Source: Eubacteriales bacterium (GTDB taxonomy: Bacteria; Bacillota; Clostridia; Oscillospirales; CAG-272). From it: DNA of 64,000 nt. Shown here one piece after another: positions 26,845 through 35,728 of the stretch. The notes under the pieces are model-generated. The model was not told where the DNA came from. It made no database searches and was given only the letters and a program-made list of their open reading frames with translations. Positions within the stretch are counted from its first letter, which is position 1. Each line of letters begins with the position of its first letter. The stretch is taken from contig JAZNOM010000091.1 in the NCBI GenBank assembly GCA_045580835.1, positions 1,552 to 65,551 of the forward strand, in the 5' to 3' direction. A program made the position numbers and the translations under genes.

Positions 26845-28341
26845 TTATTTATTAACTGTATCAATAAACTTTTGGAATGCGGCTCTGCCCTCTTCGGTGC
26901 ACTTATACACGCCTGCGTGTACAAGAACCTCGGCAAATACGCGTCCGATTTCTCTTTCAACAACTGCGTCGATATTGTCGGCGGTAACCTTTTCCTTTGC
27001 AAGGAAAGCGTTTGCCCAATCGGCATGCTTTGAAAGCGTTTCGTTTTCATAGAGATTTTCGCCTGCAAGGATTGCCTTCTTAAGCATATCCATTTCAGTC
27101 TTGAGTCTTGCAGGAAGAACTGCAAGTCCCATTACCTCGATAAGACCGATATTCTCCTTTTTGATGTGGTGAAGCTCGGCATGAGGATGATATACGCCAA
27201 AAGGATGTTCCTCAGTGGTGATGTTATTGCGGAGTACAAGGTCAAGCTCGTACTTGTCACCACGGCGACGCGCAATGGGAGTGATAGTGTTGTGAGGCTC
27301 TCCATCTGTTTCGGCAAACACAAACGCATCCTCATCGGTATAGCCGCGCCATGCGATAAGAATTTTATCCGCAAGCTCTACGAGTCTGTCCTTATCCACA
27401 CCCGAAAGACGGATAGTGGAAAGCGGCCACTTAACAATGCCTGCCTCAATATCGTCAAAGCCCTTGAAACTGAGTTGCTTCTCAATAGGAGCCTTGGTCA
27501 TTGCAAACTCGTACTTACCGCCCTGGAAGTGGTCGTGGCTGAGAATTGAGCCACCGACAATCGGAAGGTCGGCATTTGAGCCGAGGAAGTAGTGCGGGAA
27601 GAGTGTTACAAAATCAAGCAGTTTGCCAAATGCGGCACGGTCAATCTTCATGGGAGTATGCTCGCCGTTGAAAGCAATGCAATGCTCGTTGTAATAAACA
27701 TATGGAGAATACTGCATGTACCACTGCGAATTGTTAATAATAATCGGAATGGTGCGGTGATTCTGACGCGCAGCAGCGTTAAGATGACCTGCATAGCCCT
27801 CGTTTTCATGGCAAAGCGCACACTTGGGATAGGAGCTCTTTACAGCGTTTCTCGCAGCGGCGATAGCCTTGGGGTCCTTTTCGGGTTTTGAGAGGTTTAC
27901 GGTGATATCAAGGTCGCCGAACTCGCTTGCGTAAACCCAACGGAGGTCTTTCTTTACGCGGTATGTACGAATATAGTCGGTGTCGCGGCTTAATTTGTAG
28001 TAATAATCGGTTGCAGCCTCGGGCGACTCTGCGTAAAGCGCGGTAAACATATCAATAACTTCGCGCGGTGCAGGAGTGAGAAGTCCCATAAGCTTGGTAT
28101 CAAAAAGGTCGCGGTATGCAACGCTATTTTCCTCGATAAGTCCGTTTTCTGCGGCATAATCAAGAAGCTCGCCGAGAGTTTCTTCGATATCTACGTCGCT
28201 ATACTCGGTTTCAGGCTCGATATATTCTGTGAGATTAAGCGCTTCGAGAATTCTGTTGGTTGCCCATGCGTGGTCAACGGGAGTGATGAGGAATTTTTCC
28301 TCGGCATAGGTAACGAGTTTCTTTATACTGTCGAAAATCAT
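26845..28341 (-). CDS. galT: Galactose-1-phosphate uridylyltransferase (type II)
   Basis: NLSKPEKDP, YSPYVYYNEH, SNADLPIVGGSILSHDHFQGG and HHIKKENIGLIEVMG. Confidence 0.96.
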   Translation of the reverse strand: MIFDSIKKLVTYAEEKFLITPVDHAWATNRILEALNLTEYIEPETEYSDVDIEETLGELLDYAAENGLIEENSVAYRDLFDTKLMGLLTPAPREVIDMFTALYAESPEAATDYYYKLSRDTDYIRTYRVKKDLRWVYASEFGDLDITVNLSKPEKDPKAIAAARNAVKSSYPKCALCHENEGYAGHLNAAARQNHRTIPIIINNSQWYMQYSPYVYYNEHCIAFNGEHTPMKIDRAAFGKLLDFVTLFPHYFLGSNADLPIVGGSILSHDHFQGGKYEFAMTKAPIEKQLSFKGFDDIEAGIVKWPLSTIRLSGVDKDRLVELADKILIAWRGYTDEDAFVFAETDGEPHNTITPIARRRGDKYELDLVLRNNITTEEHPFGVYHPHAELHHIKKENIGLIEVMGLAVLPARLKTEMDMLKKAILAGENLYENETLSKHADWANAFLAKEKVTADNIDAVVEREIGRVFAEVLVHAGVYKCTEEGRAAFQKFIDTVNK

Positions 28342-28353
28342 GATATTCCTCTT

Positions 28354-29373
28354 TTAGTTGAACTTATAAACTGTTGCGTGGAAGTATTCTTCGCCGGGGT
28401 TAAGTCTTGCTTCTCCCTTTGTCGGGCTGTCAGGCTCGTACTGTGTTTCAAACGCAACGGACATGTTCTGTCTTCTCTCTACACCCTTGAAAGGACAACC
28501 GCCTGCACCGATTGCAGAATAAATCTGCATGCAGGGTTTGGTGGTGAGAATTGTCATGGTGCGCTCTTCGGTGCGGCAGGTAGCCGCAACGTTCATTTCG
28601 ATATCTGCAAAGGTTTCCTTTACCTTGCCGTTGAGCACAAAGTTATTGTCGTAGCCTACGATGCCAAGACCGGTATTTTCATGGTCACGGCCGAGAGGCT
28701 TTTCAGTGCGGAAGTCAAACGCGGTTCCGGTAACGTCAAGGCGCTTGCCTGTAGGCAAAAGTGTCTTTGCATCAACATCGGTAACCTCATCACAGTTAAT
28801 CTGTACCAAGTGGTCGCGATTATCACCGTTTGCGATGCCGTGGAGGTTGAAATATGCATGATTAGTGAGGTTAATATATGTGGGTTTATCGGTAGTTGCG
28901 TGATACTTGATAACAAGTGCGTTATCGCGGATTGCATATACAACCTTAACCTTGAGAGTTCCGGGGTAACCCTCGTCACCGTCGGGAGAAGTCATGGTGC
29001 AAACGAGTTTGGGCGCGCCGCACTTTTTGCAGGTGGTTTCCTCAATATCCCAAACATACTTGTCAAAGCCTACCTTACCGCCGTGGAGGTGAGCCTCTCC
29101 GTTGTTGCGTGCAATGGGATAATCAACGCCGTCAAGAGTAATCTTGCCACCGCTGATACGGTTTGCGTATCTGCCTACGATTGCGCCGTGATAGCCGCCG
29201 TTCTTTCTGTAATCGTCAAGATTGTCGTAGCCGCAAACAAGGTCATCACCCTTGTGAACGAGCTTCTGAAGAGTTGCACCATAGCTGATGATAGTTGCGC
29301 TTACGTCGCCGTCTGCAATAGTGTAAGCGTATACTTCTCTGCCATCGGGCATTTTACCGAAAAGAGTTTTCAT
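28354..29373 (-). CDS. galM: Aldose 1-epimerase
   Basis: GRYANRI, HLHGG, GYPG, NLTNHAYFNL, YDNNF and FETQ. Confidence 0.94.
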   Translation of the reverse strand: MKTLFGKMPDGREVYAYTIADGDVSATIISYGATLQKLVHKGDDLVCGYDNLDDYRKNGGYHGAIVGRYANRISGGKITLDGVDYPIARNNGEAHLHGGKVGFDKYVWDIEETTCKKCGAPKLVCTMTSPDGDEGYPGTLKVKVVYAIRDNALVIKYHATTDKPTYINLTNHAYFNLHGIANGDNRDHLVQINCDEVTDVDAKTLLPTGKRLDVTGTAFDFRTEKPLGRDHENTGLGIVGYDNNFVLNGKVKETFADIEMNVAATCRTEERTMTILTTKPCMQIYSAIGAGGCPFKGVERRQNMSVAFETQYEPDSPTKGEARLNPGEEYFHATVYKFN

Positions 29374-29458
29374 GATATATCCTCCAAAGTTTATTATTTA
29401 CTAATATAATAATAGTATAGGTTTAATTTAAAGTCAATGTAGAAAACACTTGTGTTTT

Positions 29459-30586
29459 TTACACTTTTTTTGCACCCACCGCAAGCACTGACGCAATACT
29501 TTTTGCAGTGCGGCGAAGATTGTCTTTTGCATCTGCCTTTACGTCGTCAAAAGTGCAGAAATCCGTGACGGTTGAGAAAACCGCATCAGCACCAAGCGCA
29601 TCGGTATTACCCGCACTTCCGGCAACAACAATTACCGGAACTTCACGGCGTTTTGCAACACTTATCACACCGTTTACGGCTTTTCCTTTTGAACTTTGCT
29701 CGTCTGCTCTGCCCTCACCGGTGATAACCGCATCTGCATCTTCAAGCGCGTTTTCAAAGCCGATTCGGGTTAAAATCTCGTCAATTCCGCCGCGGATTGT
29801 CGCGCCTAAAAATGCAACTGCACCTGCACCAAATCCGCCTGCGGCACCGCCGCCCTCGAGATTTGACAAGTCTATACCGAGGTCGCGCAAAATTACATCC
29901 TGCATGTGGATAGCGTTTGCTTCAAGCAATTCAACTGCCTTTTCGGATGCACCCTTTTGAGGTGCAAACATTCTTGCAGCACCGCTCTCGCCAGTGAGGG
30001 TGGATTTTACATCGCAAAGGCAAATAAATTCCACTTCGCGGATATTTGCAGGCACTAAAGACGTGTCAATTGCCACAACCTCGTCAAGAGTACCACCGAG
30101 CGGAAGCGTATCTTCTCCATTTGCATCTATGAAACGTACGCCGAGTGCCGCCGCCGCACCACAGCCGAGGTCATTTGTCGCACTGCCGCCAAGGCAAAGC
30201 AGTATGCGCTTCACTCCAAGTCCTGCCGCTACGCTTATCATCTGTCCGACGCCGTATGTGGTGGTGAGAAGCGGATTTTTTCGCCCCTCGGCAAAATGCA
30301 GTCCTGCCGCCTGTGCCATTTCTACAATGGCGGTTTCGCCTGCTTCAACTATGCCGATTTTGACCTGAACATCCTCGAAAAAGCAGTTCTTTACGGTTGT
30401 TACGACATAGCCGCCGCCAAGTGCGTCTACAAAGCAGTCGGTACTGCCCTCTCCGCCGTCGGCAATGGGCATTTTTATTACCTGTGAAGTGGGAAGCTTT
30501 TCGGAAAGCGCATCGGCAATAATCTCTGTCGCCTCGCTTGCGCTGATAGTTCCCTTAAATGAATCTGTTGCTACTATAATTTTCAT
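29459..30586 (-). CDS. Glycerate kinase (GlxK/GarK class)
   Basis: DSFKG, ADGGEG, LGGSATND.G, FAPQKGA, GAAGG and ITGEG. Confidence 0.93.
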   Translation of the reverse strand: MKIIVATDSFKGTISASEATEIIADALSEKLPTSQVIKMPIADGGEGSTDCFVDALGGGYVVTTVKNCFFEDVQVKIGIVEAGETAIVEMAQAAGLHFAEGRKNPLLTTTYGVGQMISVAAGLGVKRILLCLGGSATNDLGCGAAAALGVRFIDANGEDTLPLGGTLDEVVAIDTSLVPANIREVEFICLCDVKSTLTGESGAARMFAPQKGASEKAVELLEANAIHMQDVILRDLGIDLSNLEGGGAAGGFGAGAVAFLGATIRGGIDEILTRIGFENALEDADAVITGEGRADEQSSKGKAVNGVISVAKRREVPVIVVAGSAGNTDALGADAVFSTVTDFCTFDDVKADAKDNLRRTAKSIASVLAVGAKKV

Positions 30587-30593
30587 GTGAAAT

Positions 30594-30725
30594 CGTCAGA
30601 ACCTGCCCCGGAAAGGTTCCGACACCTCCAAACCTTTCTGTAAAAATTTATTATTTGCAGCCATGGCTACTGAAAAAACATTTTACAGTTTTTCTTTGGT
30701 TCTTTCTTCTTAAGAAAGAACGCCC
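30594..30725. repeat. 132-bp dispersed structured repeat, copy A
   Basis: Blocks of 44, 12 and 45 nt are identical to copy B at 53561-53692, with the same spacing. Confidence 0.9.
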
Positions 30726-30733
30726 CTCGTCCC

Positions 30734-32011
30734 TTACTTTGTCACCATTACCGAAACGCCGTCGGGGATAGCGGTGATTTTGGCGTTACTGTCGCCTAAA
30801 ATCTCTTCGGCTTTTGCCATTGCTTCACCAAGCGATTTTGCAGGTATCATGTGATAACCTTTAACAAGCTCATCAGGAGCGGTTGAAACGTAGATTACAC
30901 TTGCACGCATCAAAATTCTAGACAAAATCTGTGTCATCCACTGGTCGCCTACCGTTTCATTTCTGCCGCGAGTCATAACCTCGTCGTAAATTTCCCTTGG
31001 AGTTTTATCAACGTTCATACATCTGTAAAACTCATCACCGCCGGTGCCGTCATTCGCCGCAGCAAGCATTATTATAACGCCGCCCTGTCTTACCGCCGCT
31101 TCTGCCGCGGTCATTCCCTTTACCGACTGATAAATATTCTGGTCAAGCGGATAACCGCCGTTTGTGGATATAACAATATCGCTCTCTGTTGCTTTCGCAC
31201 CGCAATACTGCGAAAGAAACGCGCAACCAGCCTCATGCGCACGCTCTACATCGCCTGCGACCGCGTAAACCACCTTTTTCTCCTCATTGATAACAACATT
31301 TACGATATACGCAAGCTTTGCCGCACGTGCCGCCCAAACCATATCAAGATGAATGGGGTTATTCTCGATAATGCCTGTACGAGCGTATTCACTGTGGATA
31401 AACTCGGCGCAGTGATTTGCAAGCACGGTAGCTTTTGAGCAAACACCGGGGAGTACGCTCTTGCGTCCACCCGAATAGCCTGCAAAGAAATGCGGCTCGA
31501 TAAAGCCCTCGGACACAAGCAGGTCTGCCTCAACAGCAAGGCGGTTTACGATACACTCGCCGCCAGACGGAAGTGTGCCGATGTTTACAAGCATGTCGCT
31601 TTCTTCACAATCGTGAACATATATTTTTTCATTTGCAACGATTTCCTCGCCGAACTTTGAAACAAGTTCTTCTCGTGTTGTTTCTCGGTGGCAACCGGTT
31701 GCGATAAGAATGGTTATATCAGCGTTTGGATTACCCTCGCGTATTTCGGAAAGCATAAAAGGAATTATCACCTTTGAAGGAACGGGGCGAGTGTGGTCGC
31801 TTGCGATAATAACAACCTTATTTTTGCCCTTGGCAAGAGCAGAAAGTTTGTCCGAGCCGTAGGGATTTGCCATTGCCGCCTTCACAAGGTTTTCCTCGGT
31901 ATCCTTTGCCTTATACGAGTGAAGTGACGATGTAAGAATACCGTTAAGTCTTGTATCGTCAATATCATATGAAATCCTTTCTTTGCCGAAAGGAAAAACA
32001 ACATTTGCCAT
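30734..32011 (-). CDS. larA: Nickel-pincer-dependent lactate racemase family protein
   Basis: SDHTRPVP, ATGCHR, EPHFFAGYSGGRKS, NH and YQSVKG. Confidence 0.9.
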   Translation of the reverse strand: MANVVFPFGKERISYDIDDTRLNGILTSSLHSYKAKDTEENLVKAAMANPYGSDKLSALAKGKNKVVIIASDHTRPVPSKVIIPFMLSEIREGNPNADITILIATGCHRETTREELVSKFGEEIVANEKIYVHDCEESDMLVNIGTLPSGGECIVNRLAVEADLLVSEGFIEPHFFAGYSGGRKSVLPGVCSKATVLANHCAEFIHSEYARTGIIENNPIHLDMVWAARAAKLAYIVNVVINEEKKVVYAVAGDVERAHEAGCAFLSQYCGAKATESDIVISTNGGYPLDQNIYQSVKGMTAAEAAVRQGGVIIMLAAANDGTGGDEFYRCMNVDKTPREIYDEVMTRGRNETVGDQWMTQILSRILMRASVIYVSTAPDELVKGYHMIPAKSLGEAMAKAEEILGDSNAKITAIPDGVSVMVTK

Positions 32012-32096
32012 AGTTGTCCTCCGATAGTATTTATATTAATATTAGTATAGTTTATTTTACGAAAAATGTAAAGATTAAAACGTAAAAAAGGGCAAG

Positions 32097-33761
32097 TTAA
32101 AACTTGCCCTTTATAATTTCAACAACATCGTCAATATCAACCTTTTCGTCACCGTTAACATCTGCCGCCACAGCATCCGCAAGTGTACATGCGTCATTGC
32201 CAAGATGCTTTGTAATGCAAAGCGCATCTAAAATATCGGTTTTGCCGTCTGCATTAACATCACCGCTACCGAAAAGAGTCATTGCCATAACCGCATAATA
32301 GCCGCCGTTATCGAAAAAAGTGATTTTGCCGTCTTTTACGGTTATATCCATCAGAGTTATTTTACCGTCTGCAAGGCGGTATACATATGGTGCAGCACCT
32401 TTAAGTGCCGCAGGTGCCGTAATCGTAACCTTGCCGCCCTTTGCATCGGCATATACCGCAACGAATGCATTTTCACCCACGAGTGCTTTCACGCGATAGA
32501 ACATTTCTGCTTCATCGGCAGTTCCAAACACCTCGGCATGGCGAATTGCTATATTTGCACCGCCTCGGTTTTCGTCTTTGTCCTTGGTATATCCCGCAGT
32601 GCCTGCAAGATAAAGATTGTTGCCGCTGCAATATGCTACATTCCAAATCTGATAGCCGTTTTCAACAGTTTCAAAAACGCCCTCAAGCTTTGTAAATCCT
32701 TTTGCCGCGCCTGCGCCGCGCACGGGAGCAAGCACAGTATCAGCAGTGAGCGGAGCGTTTGAAATTATCGCGTTTTGTATTCTCGAATACTCGCCCTTTG
32801 CACCAATGGGATTTAGTGAATCCGTTTCGGAATGACAGGTGATAACAACTCTGCCGTCGGGCAAAGCCGCTATTGACGGTGCCGCGCACACATGACCGCT
32901 TTTAAGCTCTGCCGGTGCGTATACGGGAACAGGGTCAGACCACGTTCTTCCGTCCTTGGAAAGCGAAAGACCTACGACAAACACACAGTGATACTTATCG
33001 TTCACCCATTTTGCAAAATCCTGCGCTTCAACCACCATTGCAAAGCTTCCGTCAATAAGCTTTGCCGCCATCGGCATACCGTCACGCGATTTGATATGCG
33101 AGCGGTAAATCGCTACCTTTGGCTCCTTATCCCATTCGCCTTTTGAGATACTGTAAGTGAGATAGCAAATACGCTGCTGCGCGTGCGTTATGCTTTCTAC
33201 ATTAAGGTCATCGGCATAATAACACGCAATCGTATCATCGTCTATCTGCATAAAAAACGGCTCCCAAAATCCATGCGTGCCGCTCTTTGTGGTCTGCTCG
33301 ACAAGTATCTGCTCGCCGTCAAAGGTCTTGCCGCCGTCACTTGATGTCATAAGACGAATGGATGTATAAAACTCACTGCCCTTTGTATAGTCGGACATGC
33401 GCGTATGCGAACGGTATCCGAGAAAAACAGTGCCGTCATCAAGTACATACGGCTGAAAATTTGCACGTGAAAGGCTGTGAAGCTTACCTGACTTTGTTTT
33501 GACAGTTTCCGCAGCATTCTCGGTAAGCGGTTTTGCAATTTTTATCCATGTATGCCCATTGTCGACACTGTAAGAAATGCGACCGTTATCTGCCGTCATA
33601 AGCAACGTGCCGTCGGCAAGCGTGGCAAATCGCGGATAGCCATTCATACCGTAGTTGTGGGTTTCCTCGCCCCATTTAACAGTAGCATCATCGGTTAAAG
33701 CGTGTGAATTAATATTAAACATAAGCATAAGCAAGCACACCAATATGCAGATTTTTCTCAT
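32097..33761 (-). CDS. Secreted sialidase-fold (GH93-like) glycosidase with dockerin
   Basis: Signal peptide; YPR, Asp boxes SVDNGHTW/SSDGGKTF/SKDGRTW, GFWEPF, RDGMP and VVE; dockerin GDVNADGKTDILDAL...DVNGDEKVDIDD. Confidence 0.78.
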   Translation of the reverse strand: MRKICILVCLLMLMFNINSHALTDDATVKWGEETHNYGMNGYPRFATLADGTLLMTADNGRISYSVDNGHTWIKIAKPLTENAAETVKTKSGKLHSLSRANFQPYVLDDGTVFLGYRSHTRMSDYTKGSEFYTSIRLMTSSDGGKTFDGEQILVEQTTKSGTHGFWEPFFMQIDDDTIACYYADDLNVESITHAQQRICYLTYSISKGEWDKEPKVAIYRSHIKSRDGMPMAAKLIDGSFAMVVEAQDFAKWVNDKYHCVFVVGLSLSKDGRTWSDPVPVYAPAELKSGHVCAAPSIAALPDGRVVITCHSETDSLNPIGAKGEYSRIQNAIISNAPLTADTVLAPVRGAGAAKGFTKLEGVFETVENGYQIWNVAYCSGNNLYLAGTAGYTKDKDENRGGANIAIRHAEVFGTADEAEMFYRVKALVGENAFVAVYADAKGGKVTITAPAALKGAAPYVYRLADGKITLMDITVKDGKITFFDNGGYYAVMAMTLFGSGDVNADGKTDILDALCITKHLGNDACTLADAVAADVNGDEKVDIDDVVEIIKGKF

Positions 33762-33781
33762 ATTTCCCTCTCAATGTTTTA

Positions 33782-33809
33782 AAAAAGCAAGCCTTGCGGC
33801 TTGCTTTTT
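33782..33809 (-). terminator. Hairpin/terminator between the paralogs
   Basis: AAAAAGCAAGCC-TTGC-GGCTTGCTTTTT. Confidence 0.7.
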
Positions 33810-33810
33810 A

Positions 33811-35580
33811 TTAGTCAAGAATTACTTTGATGACTTCCATTGCATCATGAACATCAATGCTGAGAGAGCCGTTCATATCGCATGCCGCAACATCGGTGCC
33901 GTCCACTGACGAAACCGCTTGTCTGACAATGCGGATAACATCCTTAAGAGAAACTTCGCCGTCATCGTTTGCATCACCGTAAGTAACAAGAGCCGTATCG
34001 GAAACCGCGTAATAGCCGCCATCGTCAGTAAATGTGATGTAGCCGTCTGCTACGGTAACATCCATTTCGGTAAGGTATACGCCATTGTCCATACGGTATA
34101 CATGAACGCTATTCGCGGTAGCACCGGCAGGAACACCAAGAGTTACAGTACCGTTTTCAGCAGTGCCGTAAACGGTAGCAAGAACATTATCACCTGCGCG
34201 AGCGGTTACATCGTCATGGCTTGATGCTTCATTTGCATTTGCAAAAGCAGTGAGGTGGCGAATACGGATATGTTGATTTGTACGAGTAGCGGTTTCTGTA
34301 TTTGTGCCGGCGGTACCGAAAAGGTAGACATCGTTACCGCAATTGAATGCAGCATTCCAAACGGAATACTCATTATCGGCAAAGTCAAACACATTTTCAA
34401 GTCTTGTAAAGCCTTCAGCAGCGCCGTCCTCCTTAGGATTTTCGGGATCGATTGCTTTAAGAATGGTATTCCCGGTGATCGGCGCGTTGGAAATAGCAAT
34501 ACCCATTGCACGCTCGTATGTATCATCAATTTTGTCGGTAATTTCTTTACTATATGTATTATTATAACTATCATCAGTTTGGCAGGTAATGATCACTCTG
34601 CCATCGGGAAGTGTTGCAATAGATGGTGCTGCACAAAGTTTTCCTGCTGCAAGGTCAAAAGGACCGAATACGGGAACGGGGTCAGACCATGTTCTGCCAT
34701 CTTCGGAGAGTGAAAGACCGACTACAAAAGTAGAATCGGTTCCGTTACCCAACCAGCTTGAAAAATCCTGCGCCTCGACTACCATTGCAAACGTACCGTC
34801 GGAAAGCGTGGTTGCCATAGGCATACCGTCACGGGTACTCATACCATTAGAGCCGCCGCGGTAAATCGCAGTGCGAACAGTTTTATCCCATGTTTTAGTA
34901 GGAATATCATAAGTTACATACGCAATTCTCTGCTGCGCATGCTTATTATTGTTGGTTCCGGTTTTGTGAATATTCAAATCATCCGCATAGTAGCAAGCGA
35001 TAGTGTTTTCATCAATCTGAAGGAAGAACGGTTCCCAGAAGCCGTGACCTGTAGCGCCGTTATTATCGGGAATAAGGTTTACATCCTCTACAAGAATCTC
35101 CTCACTGTCCTTGTTGTATGTAAGACCGCCATCAGTAGAAGTTATTACACGAATGGAGGTATAAAAAGGATCACCCTTGGTGTATCCCGAAGCACTGGTA
35201 TTGGTGTGGAAACGGTAGCCGAGGAAAACAGTTCCGTCTTCTAAAACAAAGGGCTGGAAGTTAGCTCTTGTAATAGTTGAGAATGTGTATTCGGTACCAT
35301 CTTTGGTATATGTAGCAGAAGTAGAAATATTCTTAACAATTCTGTCGGTAAGTTTTGTCCAAGTGTGTCCTTTGTCCGTGCTTGTAAAGCCTACACCTCC
35401 GTCGGTGGTGAGAAGCAATGTGCCGTCAGCACGCTGCGCCATACGGGGGTAGCCGCTTGATTTTGTCATCTTAACTTCGGCATCCCAACGCATAACATCA
35501 GTATCCTCTACTGCAAAAGCCGAAAAGCCGAGACATGACAAAAGCATAATCAAGCTTAAAACAAATGAAAGTTTACGCAT
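33811..35580 (-). CDS. Secreted sialidase-fold (GH93-like) glycosidase with dockerin, paralog of the next gene
   Basis: Same motifs (YPR, STDKGHTW, STDGGLTY, GFWEPF, RDGMP); dockerin GDANDDGEVSLKDV...DMNGSLSIDVHDA. Confidence 0.78.
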   Translation of the reverse strand: MRKLSFVLSLIMLLSCLGFSAFAVEDTDVMRWDAEVKMTKSSGYPRMAQRADGTLLLTTDGGVGFTSTDKGHTWTKLTDRIVKNISTSATYTKDGTEYTFSTITRANFQPFVLEDGTVFLGYRFHTNTSASGYTKGDPFYTSIRVITSTDGGLTYNKDSEEILVEDVNLIPDNNGATGHGFWEPFFLQIDENTIACYYADDLNIHKTGTNNNKHAQQRIAYVTYDIPTKTWDKTVRTAIYRGGSNGMSTRDGMPMATTLSDGTFAMVVEAQDFSSWLGNGTDSTFVVGLSLSEDGRTWSDPVPVFGPFDLAAGKLCAAPSIATLPDGRVIITCQTDDSYNNTYSKEITDKIDDTYERAMGIAISNAPITGNTILKAIDPENPKEDGAAEGFTRLENVFDFADNEYSVWNAAFNCGNDVYLFGTAGTNTETATRTNQHIRIRHLTAFANANEASSHDDVTARAGDNVLATVYGTAENGTVTLGVPAGATANSVHVYRMDNGVYLTEMDVTVADGYITFTDDGGYYAVSDTALVTYGDANDDGEVSLKDVIRIVRQAVSSVDGTDVAACDMNGSLSIDVHDAMEVIKVILD

Positions 35581-35621
35581 AAAATTATCTCCTTTACAAG
35601 ATTACAAAATTATACATACTG

Positions 35622-35650
35622 ATTATAACACTCAAAAAGTCAAGTGGCAA
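35622..35650 (-). promoter_or_regulatory. SigA promoter
   Basis: TTGCCA-N17-TATAAT with TG extension. Confidence 0.7.
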
Positions 35651-35728
35651 GCCATTTAGCAAAACATCTAAATTTTTTACACAAAAGCAAGTAAATATGT
35701 CAATTTATAACATATTTGCTTGAAAAGT

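Noticed and set aside
29559-29576. AAATCCGTGACGGTTG inside glycerate kinase resembling the cassette repeat
   Set aside because: Partial match within coding sequence and lacking the second arm; likely chance.
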